Assembly: GCF_006345805.1 (NCBI RefSeq)
Contig: NC_043005.1
Location: 24,366,001-24,430,000 of the forward strand
Length of the DNA: 64,000 nucleotides
Direction of reading: 5' to 3'
Source: Octopus sinensis
Taxonomy: Eukaryota
Under the pieces are notes generated by a model. That model saw nothing but the letters and a program-made list of their open reading frames with translations, did not search any database and had not been told where the DNA came from. Shown one piece after another: positions 26,395-39,589 of this stretch (position 1 is the first letter of the stretch; each line of letters opens with the position of its first letter). A program made the translations under genes and the position numbers.

Positions 26395-26396
<2 letters not shown>
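25810..26396 (+). repeat. Unclassified interspersed repeat ending ctctctcactcaa-(TAA)n
   Basis: Non-coding block terminating in a (TAA)n tail as retroposed elements do. Family identity is from recollection of octopus repeats only. Confidence 0.4.
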
Positions 26397-26452
<56 letters not shown>

Positions 26453-26453
<1 letters not shown>

Positions 26454-29400
26454 GTACGATTATAATTGTAACGGCAATGATGGCCGTCTCCCCACGAGCC
26501 AATCAAAGCTAAAAAAATGATAACATTATCGTAGCACCAATGTTTTTGGAAACTAAAGGAAAACTAAATCAGTATAAACCAAATCGCTTGTCCTATGGTT
26601 AATCTGGAGCGCGTCCCCCAGGGAAGAGCCAGCCTGGGATCGAAAAGTCATCAACTGGCACAAACTCTTCTCCGAATACGGACATGGATGGTCACTTGAA
26701 CGGGAAATCCCCCAACTCGAGCCCTCCAAGTTCACCACCACAACCACCACAGAAAGAAAAATGTAAGCGGGAACAAATGGACCCGAGAAGAGTATAAAGA
26801 AGTAATATACGCTTATTACTATGCATTAGGTAGGCCATCTCAAGAGAGACACCGCAAAACTCTTACAGTATATGGAGAACACGGAATCAAGACAGTAGGC
26901 CCTATTTGGACGAGAACAAATTAGCAAATGTGAGGAGGGATATCTTTAGAAATAACAGACTCACAGACAGTGAAATAAGCGCGATCAAGCACGCAACGGA
27001 AAATGACATAAATATAAGACACAAAGGAAATGAAGAATCAGATGAAAGTATAGCCCGCCACGAGGCTTAATTGAAAGACTGCCATCTGACCAAAGTACGC
27101 AAAGGCCTGAAGATACAAGAAATTCTATTGTACTGTTAAAGATAGCCAGGAAAACGAAAAAACAACAGTAACTGAAGATCTCGCATTTGCTGAAGAACAC
27201 AGAGAGTCTATAGCAGAAATGAGGCAGAAATCCTGAATACGCTTGAAGTTGTAAGACATACAAGTATGAATGATAGAGAACCGCTTCATAAACTCTCAAT
27301 ACAAACCAAAATAAAAAACAAATCCAAATTGGCAACTATGTAACAAATGAAATAATACAGAATTAAAACCTGATTTTACTGAGTTAAATGAAATTATTTA
27401 CGCTTCTGCTAGGGCAATTGAAACCAGCCGTATGCCCCCGAAAAAACAAAGAAAACAAAACCTGGGAAGAAATCAAACCTGGAGAAGTAAAATTGAAAAA
27501 GAGATTGAATTTATGAGAGGGGAAATATCAATATTAAATGAACTAATATGTGGAAATGATGTAAGATCCAGAACAGGAAGAAAGATGAAGAGAAAATTTG
27601 GATCCTCACCAAGAGTAAGCTAGTTCAGCTGCTCAATGGAATTATGAGAGACCCAAAGAAAACACCTGAATGGTTAGCAAGTGGCATTACTTACCTACTC
27701 CCAAAGAATAACGAAACCAACCTTCCAAAAAACTATCGGCCTATAACCTGTCTATCCACCACGTATAAAATCCTAACATCTATCCTGGCGGAGAAAACAT
27801 ATGCATTCATGGAGAAGAACGATATTTTCCCCATTGAACAAAAAGGGTGCCGCCGAGGCTCTTACGGATGCAAAGATCAACTGCTAATCAATCGTATGAT
27901 CCTTGAGAACTGTCACAACAAGCGCAGAAATCTCAGCACCGCATGGATTGACTATAAAAAGGCCTTCGACAGTATACCGCATCCATGGATCTTGAGATCG
28001 CTGGACATCTTCAAAATTTCCCCTGTGATTTCAAACTTCCTGAAGCACAATATGTCGTTGTGGAATACGAATCTCCAATTATACCACTCTAATGGAGTAC
28101 TTGCCTCAGAATATAAACATCAACTGTGGAATTTTTCAAGGTGACTCACTTTCACCTTAATATTCTGCATAGCCCTAATACCCCTTACAAGTGAATTAAA
28201 AGAACAAGGTATGGGTATAAAATTGCCAATAAAAAGATAAGCCATCTATTTTATATGGATGACTTAAAACTTTATGGTAAAGACAATAATGAACTTGAAG
28301 GCCTATTGCGCACCGTGAAATCATTCAGCGATGACATCGGGATGGAGTTTGGACTTGAGAAGTGTGCCAAGGCCACTTTCCAGAAAGGGAAAGTGAAGAC
28401 CACAAATTCAGTCGTGTTAGATGTTGACACAGTCATAAGAAGCTTGAGCAAGAACAAACATACAAATATTTAGGGATAAATGAAGGCTCTGGTATTCAGC
28501 ATGCAAGCATGAAAGAGAAAATCAGGAAGGAATGTTATAGGAGAGTTCGTGCAGTCCTGAAATCTGAACTAAATGCACGTAACAAGGTGTTAGCTATAAA
28601 TTCCCTAGCAGTTCCAGTTGTTACTTATAGCTACAATGTGTTGAACTGGAATATGAGTGAAGTAAAGAATATAGATAGAAAAATACGCAAGCTGCTGAGT
28701 TGTAATAGGATGCACCACCCAAAGGCAGACGTAGATCGCCTTTACCTTCCCAGAGCCCAAGGAGGTCGAGGCCTGATCCAATTTGAACTAGCTTACAAAA
28801 CCACAATTGGACTGGCCAAATATCTCGAAATATCGAATGACTGGATGCTAAAGCTCGTGGAAAATCACGAGAGACGAAAGAAGCTTCATTCTATCATCAA
28901 GGAAAGCAAAAAATTGCTATTGATCTCGTGCAGGATACCCAAACTGAACAACCCGAGGGAAGTACGGCAACTATTGTTGCAAAGAAGGTGAAAATGATGG
29001 CAATGAAAAAAGCGCACGAGCAATTGGCTGATAGGTGGGAGGAGAAACCTCTGCACGGCAAATATGTGACCGCAGCAAACAAGCTGATGTTGACCAGAAG
29101 CAAACCCATCAGTGGCTGCGGAGCTCAGGGCTAAAAGCAGAGAGCGAAGGTTTCATCCTGGCTGCTCAAGACCAAAGCCTATCAACCCAACCAACGGACT
29201 ACCAGGCCAATGTGATGAAAAATGGAGCAGACCCAAAATGCCGATTCTGCAACGACATGATTGAAACAGTGGACCACCTAATCTCTGGATGTAAGTCTTA
29301 GCACCAGTGGAGTATAAATTAAGACATGACAGAGTTGGCCAATATCTCCACTGGCTAATAAGTCGGCATTACAATATCAAAACTGCCGACAAGTGGTATA

Positions 29401-29982
29401 ATCACCACCCTGAGGCTGTAACTGAAGGAAAAATGTAACCATTCTGTGGGACTTCCAGTACATACAGACCGAACCATCAAGGCCAATAAACCAGATATTG
29501 TTGTGAAAGACCAAAACAATAAAGTTTGCTTATTGATCGACATGAGCATCCCCTGTGATCATAATATCTCAGCGAAAGAGTTTGACAAGCTCAGAAAATA
29601 TAAAGACTTACTCATTGAAATTGAGAAAATGTGGCATCTCAAGGCAGTTACAATACCAGTGATCGTAGGAGCACTAGGAATGATCAAGGAGGGAACCGAA
29701 AATTATATGAGAATGATCCCTGGCTTACCATCCCTGTAAGAAGTGCAAAAGATTGTCTTAACTGGTACATCACACGTATTGAGAAGAGCATTGTCGATGT
29801 GAGAACTGTTGCTGCTCATGCATTTTAATTTAACTTAAAAAAAAAAATTTTTTTTAAAAATTAACCAACTACTGAGTTTGGTTTAATGGCCTACCAATAT
29901 ACACTATGAGTTTCTTTGCCCTAGGAGTCGGGAAGACACTCGGCAAGAAATGGAAGAAAATTTGAAAGAAGAAAAAAAAAAG
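26453..29982 (+). mobile_element. R4/Dong-clade non-LTR retrotransposon, near full length, internally deleted and frameshifted
   Basis: N-terminal KWTREEYKEVIYAYYY..LDENKLANVRR; RT (NYRPITCL, QKGC..GCKDQLL, AWIDYKKAFDS, GIFQGDSLSP, FYMDDLKLY); CCHC knuckle CRFCNDMIETVDHLISGC; RLE KPDIVV..LIDMSIP..KEFDKLRKY; stop at 29800-29802; (TAA)n on both sides. Confidence 0.92.
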
Positions 29983-30149
29983 TAATAATAATAATAATAA
30001 TAATAATAATTTATTTCATTTGCCACAAGGGTGCCAAAAGAGGTGTAAATTACAATGTCAGTTTCTTAGAATGCTTTGGTTTACACAAAAATCAGATGAA
30101 GAAATGATCGGCTGAGTTTAAACTGCGTTTTACATAATATACAAATATT

Positions 30150-30610
30150 GACAGAGTCCTTGTCCTTCTGATATAGAAGGACTTCCAGCTCAGGTCAATC
30201 AAGGAATTCTACTGATCCAGAATCACTCTGACCGTTGAAGAAGAGAAACGTAAGCTATAGCTTCTGGCCTATAACTCTGTTGAATCAAATTTTAGTATTT
30301 TAATATAGAATTAAGCAAATAAGGGCGCTTGTCGTCAGTAGTTTTGTCGGAAATGCAGAAACAGGCGTAATACCGAATGAGATTATCCTTGACAACTTCA
30401 ACTTCAAGAAATTTGATTTGGGGTAGGGAAATCAATCTGGATCAGTCGGAACCTTTAGAAACAGGCGACTGAGTGGATGTCTTCAGGTCAGTCGGTTTCG
30501 GTCCCTTTTTCAGTGGCTGTATCGCAGTACAATAGAATCTTCTCAAACGTCAAAGTGAAGAACCATTTCTCGGAACCACATTCTACCATGCGCTCGGGCC
30601 GGTAGGGATA
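30150..30610 (-). pseudogene. Decayed APE-type LINE RT fragment (CR1/Rex1-like)
   Basis: KDSIVL..LKKGPKPTDLK..SVA resembles the PVPKK..P..L.DYRPVALT motif; the rest is heavily decayed. Confidence 0.45.
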
Positions 30611-31751
30611 TCCTTTCCCATCTTTTTTGTGTGGCTCGTGAACCAATACTGCGGATTCGAGAGCTATTGAAAGATGTCCCTCTGAAACTTTAATTGTCTG
30701 GATATCTTATATCATTTGTCGAAAAATATAAAAGAAAACTGTCTTAGTTGGAGTGTGAGTTATCTTGCCAATTATTCATGAGTTTATAACGACTGAATTT
30801 AAAACCTAACAAGCCGTTGCTAAATATCAAAAGGCTTTTATCCAGCACTCCATTTTCTGCGCCAGTTTCAATCCTTTGAAAGCGAATATTGTCAACAGTA
30901 TATCATTATTGTCATCAACAGCAGTCAGCTATTATAGTTCCTTTGTGTTGGTTTCATCATTATCTTCGTATCTCCGTATGTAAATAGAATATCTCTCTTT
31001 GACCTTCACTTCCTCCTTTAAAGTATTTAGGAAATTAACTCAGAATAACTATTTAGTCTTAATAATTCAGTGTTCTGCTATCTAATGTAATTACAAAAGT
31101 TCGGTATTCTTTGATGAACGAGAGTTGTATCACACGAAAATTATCACTATTAGCGCTTCGCTGAACTGAATTCTTGCTAACACAAAATTCTATAGTTTAT
31201 CTAGAATTTCGTAAACATCCTTGCAGATTACGTAATATCCCAGCATGACACTGGTAGTTAAGTGTGTGATAATTCACTTAATGTGGTAAGCCCCCCCCCC
31301 AAAAAAAACTTTCTAATCAATTAAATTAAACGCATATAGAAGAAATATGTCCTTAGCATTAATGACAGCACTCGCCAAGAAGGGAAAGGGAAACAATTTT
31401 GTTATGCAAAGTTATTATAAATGTTATATTACATTTGATAACTCGGCGTTTCAGATCCTTAGAGCATTCAACAACTTTTTTGATATTCTAGTATCGTTAT
31501 TATCTTGTAACGTATGATTTCCTCACATTTTGTTGTCGCTATTGTTGTTGTTATCGAAGAAAGTTTGTGTTGCGTCACTTCTAGTTGTCATTTGCTTATC
31601 ACTAAACCATAGTGCATCGCAGAAATGTCTTGCGGTATTTGTTCTTCATTTTCATTTCATTTTACTGACCCCGTCAGCATAACGGGGTCAATAAAATAAA
31701 GCAGCTGTCAATTACTTGAAATTGTGTAATCGACTAAAGCTTTATATACAT

Positions 31752-31792
<41 letters not shown>

Positions 31793-31835
31793 AACACATA
31801 CATTCATATATATATATAATATATATATATATATG

Positions 31836-31879
<44 letters not shown>

Positions 31880-31893
31880 CATACATACATATG

Positions 31894-31929
<36 letters not shown>

Positions 31930-31981
31930 ATATATATATATATACATATATACATATATACATATATACATACATACATAC

Positions 31982-32058
<77 letters not shown>

Positions 32059-32576
32059 CACAAACATGTATGTATGCTATAGAATCAATTTTTAAGATGA
32101 TATCATTTTCCTGATGCATATCATCCTTATTTTTCGGTATGATGTTGCTGTTGATGTTTTTTTTTTTTTTAGACAGTGTCAGTTCTGAATGAACAATTCC
32201 ATAATCAAAAATATCTCAGCTCCAACTGTCCAACCTTTTTTTCCAAACACACTATATATAAAACAACTTTAGCCAGCGATCCCAATTTTTTTCAAAAACG
32301 GATGTTTTTTAAAGATTTTTATGCTGTTTCTACTATGTAGTCTCTCCTCTCAAGTTGTTTACTTCAAATGCTTTTTTTATTAATATTTAATAATCGATAA
32401 TTTTATGTGTAAACAACAAAGATATATGCTCATTTTTATGGTTTTCTTCCAAATAGAATATTGTGGGCTAAGTATAGCTAAGTTTTCTTAATGAATATGT
32501 CTGTTGAAGGCTGTCGTTTTGTCTGTTACTTCATTGACTGTATTCAATGTGAGGGTATTAACATGTGAAAATATCC

Positions 32577-33337
32577 GTTTCTACTCTTGGCATAAAGCCC
32601 GAAATTTTTTGTGGGGGGGAGGGGGCCAGTCGATTAGATTGACCCCAGTATGCAACAGGTACTTAATTTATTGACCCCGAAAGGTTGAAAGGCAAAGTCG
32701 ACCTCGGTGGAATTTGAACTCAGAACGTAACGGCTGACGACGAAATACCTATTTCTATTTCTTTACTACCCCAAGGGTCTAAACACAGAGAGGACAAACA
32801 AGGACAGACAACGGATTAGTCGATTATATCGGCCCAGTGCGTAACTGGTACTTATTTTATCGACCCCGAAAGGATGAAAGGCAAAGTCGACCTCGACGAA
32901 TTTGAACTCAGAACGTAACGGCAGAAATATCTATTTCTATTTTTTACTACCCACAAGGGTTAAACACAGAGGGGACAAACAAGGACATACAAACGGATTA
33001 AGGCGATTATATCGACCCCAGTGCGTAACTGGTACTTAATTTATCGACTCCGAAAGGATGAAAGGCAAAGTCGACCTCGGTGGAATTTGAACTCAGAACG
33101 TAACGGCTGACGAAATACCTATTTCTATTTCTTTACTACCCACAAGGGTCTAAACACAGAGAGGACAAACAAGGACAGACAAACGGATTAAGTCGATTAT
33201 ATCGGCCCCAGTGCGTAACTGGTACTTAATTTATCGACTCCGAAAGGATGAAAGGCAAAGTCGACCTCAGCAGAATTTGAACTCAGAACGTAACGGCAGA
33301 CGAAATACGGCTACGTTTCAGCCAGCTCGCCGCCTTA
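32577..33337 (-). mobile_element. Tandem SINE array: one tRNA-like head followed by four body units of about 182-190 bp
   Basis: Unit junctions gaaata(c)ctatttc at 32742, 32924 and 33112; single head 33302-33337. Confidence 0.93.
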
Positions 33338-34100
33338 AAATGTGAAAAAATCATTGAAAATTTACATTTAATTTAATGTAAATTTGTTTTTAATTTTGTG
33401 ATTTTTTTATCGTTAGCTGATAATCTGAACACCATGGCAGTAAAGAAAATCCCAGTTAAACGAGTTTCTTGTATAACCGCATAGCGAGTGATGTGAAATT
33501 AATGTATGTCTAGTGAAAAAGTCATACTATAAACTACCAAGCCGAAATACGATTTTCAATAAAAATGATGGCAAATTATTTGAGCATACACTTTCCCAAA
33601 TGGCGAAAGGCTCGGCTTGATTATGTCTTAGTTGTCACGCTATGAAGCTTAAAGCAATCTTTTCTCCAGAGTTCATTCTTATTATCGAATCGTGTCCGTT
33701 GAAGTTCGCTTTAGTCTGCAAGTCAATTAACTGAAAATCAACAGTGACTGCTAATAAGACTGCACTACACAAACTTACAACGCAATCAAATACGCAACCG
33801 GTTATGTCACCGTCGTTTAAAGTAGATTTGAAGTGCTTGGAAGAAAAAGTGAAATTAACGGACCTAATAATATACGTGGCAAACCTCCGGCATCGTCTCA
33901 TCACGATGCAACGACAGGTTGCATTCCTCTCTAACTCCAAATGAAGAAAAGAATGTCCTTCAAAATGGTAATCTTATCTCCTTAAGAATTCATTCTATAG
34001 CATACATACATGCATGTATGTATTACGTATGTACGTATGTATTATGTATGTATGTATGTATGTATATATAATATATATATATATATATAATATATATATA

Positions 34101-34151
<51 letters not shown>

Positions 34152-34267
34152 AGAAATATTTAGATTCAGTTGAGTTAAGTACTTTAGTTGAAGCACGAAG
34201 TCAGCCTGGTATTATATGCACGCTTGAAGTAGGTGAATAAAATCAAAATAACAGGATTTCTAGTAGT

Positions 34268-34357
34268 AATGCAGTACGGCCGTTTCAAGCAGCTCCATTT
34301 AGTTGAATAATGCAATCATTACATCAGTTTAAATACGGCGCTATCTTCAGCTGCATT
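34268..34357 (-). ncRNA. Type I hammerhead ribozyme motif with long stem II insert
   Basis: AATGCAG-CTGAAGA-T-AGC...GCT-T-GAAAC-GGCC-GTA-CTGCATT: 7-bp stem I and palindromic ACGGCCGT; the stem II closing pair is mismatched. Confidence 0.7.
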
Positions 34358-35433
34358 AAAAGGAAGGTTACTATTATGTAGAATCAATTTAATACCTCAA
34401 CTTTCCTTAACTAATAAATTATAATATTATTAGGTCGTCTCTATAAAGACTAAGGAGTATCTGATAAGATATACATAATGATTATACATAAGGAAAGATG
34501 AGATATTAAATTGACTCTATATAATAGTAATCTTCCTTTTGATGTTTAAAATGATACATATATTCTTTTAGCTAACTTGCTTATGATACCACTTTCTAGA
34601 ATTTTTTTTATATTTTTAAAATTTAATTCTTATACAACATAATATTGTTTATAAACGCTTCTCCAACCGAAGCCCGAATATTTTCCAGAATCTCAATATA
34701 GCATCCTAAGTTTCATAGTGTTTTTCCCTTTAGCTGGTAACAACATCATGAATTAATGTCTCTCCTACCCCACCTTTTTTATAGAGAGTTACTTCTTTCT
34801 AATTGACTCTTTCTAAAGTTTTGTTTCTTTTTCTTGTGGGTAAAGTTCCCTTCCCCTTTAGAATAGAAGATCGCTCCTTAATTTCCAATTAGGATAAATG
34901 TGTTTCTCGTATTATTCGATCTACATTAGCGTATATGTTGTTTATATTGATATTGAAGCACGTTTGATATCTATAAGAGAATTCTATCAGGGAATATAAT
35001 AACGATTTTATATATTCTAATTTTTATTTAAACAAGAATATATTTGTTAAGATATTTAGTATTTTACAAGATTATTTACTTATATTTATTAATTTATCAA
35101 ATTAATTATTTTATTGTTTTTATCTTTAACCTGAAGAGTGACTTTATTTATATTGAAGTGATTTTACAATTACCATTTCTTAAATATAGTCATGAAACAC
35201 GTGTCGTTATTATACCAAATATATACGTTATATTTATTATTTTGCGCATGACTTAATCATTGTTATATGCTTTATCTTATATTTAATCTTTCTATAAGAT
35301 GTAATTATTCTAAATGGTATAATTTAATTTTTCATTATTGAATTGATAAAAGATGGGGGGTTTTCTAATTTATATATATATGTGTGTGTGTTGTGTGTGT
35401 GTGTGTGTGTGTATGTGTGTGTGTGTGTGTGTG

Positions 35434-36090
35434 TGTGAAGTATCATTACCGTTATAAACAGTAATAATGAGGTGACTTGCAGTACCTATAGAGGTACAAT
35501 ATAAAATAATTGAAGAAAAGAAGGGTAAAAATACCTCTTGCTAAAAATCAAAGCGACATCTTCAAAAAACCGCCAATCTTACGATAAATATACACACGAG
35601 CAATGCAATGAAAATTTTAGGAAATAGGCTTACCTTCAGAATGGCATACGAAGATAAATAATACATATCTCATTATCAATTCATTTCATGCTTTGCATGA
35701 CAAATATTCTCTGCAATCATCAGTTGGAAATAGTTCTTGACACGTTTTTCTAAAATATTCACCACGTCAACTCGTCTGCGTTTCTAACTTTCAACGTCCC
35801 GCTCCGTTTAAAAAGAAACTATCGTAAACAATAAAAATTTAAATATGTGAAGTATTATTACCGTTATAAACAGTAATAATGAAGTGGATAGCAAGACTTC
35901 CTCCTATACATGTACAATATAAAATAATTGAAGAAAAAAGGGGTAAAGATACCGCTTGCTAAAAATCAAAGCGACAGCTTATAAAAAAGATACCAATCAT
36001 GTGTATATTTATCGTAAGATTGGTGGGGTTTTTTAAGCTGTCGCTTTGATTTTTAGCAAGCGATGTTTTTGCCCTTCTTTCCTTCAAATA
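35434..36090. repeat. Local ~170-bp direct duplication whose second copy folds back on itself
   Basis: gtgaagta.tattaccgttataaacagtaataatga at about 35434 and 35847; hairpin arms 35953-35980 / 36035-36062. Confidence 0.8.
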
Positions 36091-36142
36091 TATATACGCA
36101 CACACACACACACCACACACACACACACACACCACACACACA

Positions 36143-36185
<43 letters not shown>

Positions 36186-36197
36186 TATATATATATA

Positions 36198-36227
<30 letters not shown>

Positions 36228-36237
<10 letters not shown>

Positions 36238-36595
36238 GGCAGTTTGTCTGTGTGTGTTTCTGTGTGTCTGTTAGCTTGTACCCTCACCCTGACCACAGCT
36301 TTCAACCGATTCTGATGAAACTTAACACACACATAGCCCAATGTCATAATTCAAAACTAGCGCAGAGAAAATTTTGAAAAGTTCCCCCAGTTCTGAGAAA
36401 AATCGATAAATTGGACATGGGGTCGAGAATCAGAAACACAAACCACAGACTGTCTAGGGGACGCAACTCGGCCGTTTTAACTCTCAAAAAAAAAATTACC
36501 ATAATTTTTTTTCCATTTTTTTGGCTATAACTCTCTAAAAATGCTTTATAGTTATTTCCCTTACAAACCCGAGCAACGCCGGGCGATACCGCTAG
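36228..36595 (+). mobile_element. Non-autonomous Helitron
   Basis: 3' hairpin cccgagcaacgccggg (36568-36583), then CTAG|T; 5' end in a TA run. Confidence 0.85.
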
Positions 36596-37161
36596 TATAT
36601 ATATACATATATACAGGTTGTTTGCTCTTCGGTAGATCAAGCCGTGAATTTAGCTAACAGTGCTACCTGGACAAGAATAGCTGACTATAAGATATTAGTT
36701 TGGGGAGGATAGTACAGAATTATATGACTGCAATAATTTAGAGAGACTATTTTTGTTTTTAGATGCGATTTCTTTTTTCTCTGATGAGCAATAATTTAAT
36801 TTATTAACAAGGAAATTTTGTTTTGACACTTTGCTTTGCTCTGTATTAGTTGAGATGATGTGCGGAGCGGTTGATTAGGATGCGCGGTGTTATTTTTCTG
36901 GCTATTGGTTGTAGGTGTACATGAGAGAATTATTGAGCGAGATAATGATCAAAGCAAACTGTCAGAAACATCAACAGAGACGGGCACTGAACTTACTGAA
37001 ACGGATGAAACGAATGAAGGCAGGACTTATGATTAATTAATTAAACATATAGACTTGCACACATATACGCACACACACACACACACATGTATACATGTAG
37101 TGCGTGTGAATCGTTGGTTATTTTTTTTTCTCCGTCTTCCTTTTCTATTGGACTTCCCTCT

Positions 37162-37196
37162 GTTTCTGAAGAAGAGCTTTGCTCGAAATATTAAAC
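37162..37196 (+). ncRNA. Minimal hammerhead motif in a PLE pLTR-like remnant (about 37100-37310)
   Basis: GTTT-CTGAAGA-A-GAGC(ttt)GCTC-GAAAT-ATT-AAAC; stem III palindrome AATATT. Confidence 0.65.
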
Positions 37197-37379
37197 CATC
37201 TTTCTTTCCTTCCCTGATCGTCTGCTAATATCTTACATATACCCCCCGTCCACGCGTTGTTGCTTTTTATGTTTGTTCTTCGTATTTTGGGGATTTACTA
37301 TATATATATATATACATACACACATACATGTATGTTTATATACTCTTCTATGAATTATCAAGATAATGTTTCAGAACGT

Positions 37380-37620
37380 GTTTGTTTCTATTTATGGTCA
37401 GATGTGGGAATATCATGGTGATAGCGTGCGTGTCACCTCGTGATTGTCTGTATGTAATATAGGCCTTTATAAAACTGTAAGAAGTATGAAACCGAGCGTG
37501 TGTGGATGTTTATATGCTAAGTGTTTGCATGGGTGAAATTAGATGTATGTATCTATAAGTGGATATGTATATGCGGTGTGTATGAAGGCTTAACGGGTTG
37601 AGTGTATAGAATCTGAGTGA
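37380..37620 (-). pseudogene. Very decayed PLE RT thumb fragment
   Basis: Pieces resembling HT..SIPYSQFLR...DNHE; weak. Confidence 0.3.
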
Positions 37621-37640
37621 ATTAAGTATATTTATATATA

Positions 37641-38072
37641 CAGGTCGTCGTCGATTTATGACCCCAGCTGGTTCTGACTGGCTGGTCGTAAGTCGATTTG
37701 GTCGTAAGTCGGCCTACATAGTTTTGTTTTATGATTTTACATTGTCAAGTAAAAGTCACACACAGCATTCTGTATTATACTATTATACTGGTGTTAGTAA
37801 AATATTTTGGAGTCTCAACCAGTCGTCTTATAAACAAATACGAGGTTACCTCGATGTCTCCGCGACAGGATATTCATCCAAAACTCGGGATAACCACAGT
37901 GGCGATCGACAACCAAACCTAGAAGAAGCGTTTGTTAGCTGACATCATCTGTAGACGGGTTAATTTCCAAGAAATTAGACCTATTAGGTTTCAACTGGAC
38001 TATTTATTATTGCTGCCGGAAGCTGGCGCGCCAATCGTAGTTAAGTCGGATAGGTCGTATGTCGACGACGAC

Positions 38073-38075
<3 letters not shown>
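37641..38075. mobile_element. pogo/Tigger-like MITE
   Basis: TA|CAGGTCGTCGTCGA ... TCGACGACGACCAG ends, with subterminal gtcgtaagtcg repeats. Confidence 0.78.
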
Positions 38076-38153
<78 letters not shown>

Positions 38154-38953
38154 GTGCGTGTGTGTGTGTGTGGTGTGTGTGTGTATGTGTGTGTTTTGTA
38201 ACGTCTTCTGAATGTGGGGACACGTAGGCTTTGAAACATGTTATAGGTTCAGCGAAAAGAGAATTATGTGTGTGAGTGTTTAGAACATTATTACAAACAC
38301 CTCCTCATCTCTTACAGTATTTTCAGCATGGACAAAATTTTCGTAAATGACGGAGATTTTGGCATGAGGTCATGAAACTGAGGACTTCTTCAGAGGCGAT
38401 ATTTTATTAGAAATCTACAGCCGTTACCGAATCGCAGAGGAAAGTTGGATTTGTGGAGGCACATTTTCAGTCTCACCAAACAACAGTTATGTGTCCCACA
38501 GTTCCAACTCTCAGTTGTCGATATTAACTTAAAGCATCAGTTCATCCGAAGACAAGTTCAAACACGAAAGTTCTTTCTGAATAAAATTTGAATTTAAATA
38601 TTAGCAACATCGTTTTACACTATCTCGATAATTGATTTTCAATATATATTTGTTCTATATCAAAATAGTGCCTGAATATTCCGCAGACACGTGTAATCTT
38701 AACATAATTCTCCGACTGAATCAGTATGACGTAATGTGTGACAAGGCAGCATTTCATGAACTACAAATGCAATCTACCCGATGGGCTTCTCCGTAGTTTC
38801 CATCTCTCCCGTTTCATTCACAAGGTATGGGTCGACACGAGATTATGAAAAAATGGTGCGTGCATCGTATCTCCAAACTTTCACATTCATCCATAAATAG
38901 AACTAGATATACTTTCAGGGATCAGTTACTTATCCTGATAATTCTTAGCAGGA

Positions 38954-39185
38954 CATAAAAATATATCATATATGTTTGTATGTATATAGGTTTTTGTTGG
39001 TAGGCAATGTTCATAAAAATATATCATATATGTTTGTATGTATATAGGTTTTTGTTGGTAGGCAATGTTCATAAAAATATATCATATATGTTTGTATGCA
39101 TATAGGTTTTTGTTGGTAGGCAATGTTCATAAAAATATACCATATATGTTTGTATGTATATAGGTTTTTGTTGGTAGGCAATGTT
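38954..39185. repeat. 58-bp tandem repeat, 4 near-identical copies
   Basis: Units start at 38954, 39012, 39070 and 39128. Confidence 0.96.
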
Positions 39186-39589
39186 CAAGACCTGTAGATA
39201 TTCTTGGGTATTTATTAGGTGGAGGAGGAAGGTACTCGCAAACCGGAGGCCTATTCCAAATGTTTGCAACAAAATAATCTCCGCCAAATGTATCGAGGGT
39301 GCCAGGTTATGGTGTTAACCTGGTCAACTGATTAAGTATACTCAGCACATAGTCTTTAACGCTATTTGAACTAAAAACGCAAAGAGCCAGAACAAAGACC
39401 ACAAGGCATCTCGGCCGATGGTCTTATTGTCCCATAAACCCACCATCAGAGATTGGCACTTTGTTTCGACCCGGCAAAGATAAAAGGCAAAAGTTGGTTT
39501 CAGACTAATTTGAACTCCGAGCGCAGGGAGTCGAATACCTCATAGCATTCTGTAAGATACTGAAATGCCAGAAATCATTGGGATACCAC

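Noticed and set aside
26453-26540. Possible HDV-like ribozyme at the 5' end of the Dong-like element
   Set aside because: A P3/L3-like cgtctccccacg is present, but I could not build a consistent P1/P2 double pseudoknot by hand; it needs a descriptor search.
32577-33337. CRISPR-like array or ribozyme inside the SINE multimer (ctgacga motif)
   Set aside because: Units are whole repeats without unique spacers in eukaryotic DNA, and ctgacga has no downstream stem II-GAAA.
33635-33970. Short overlapping ORFs with nearby ccag / gtaatc splice-like sites
   Set aside because: All three frames after the acceptor hit stops; no homology recognised.
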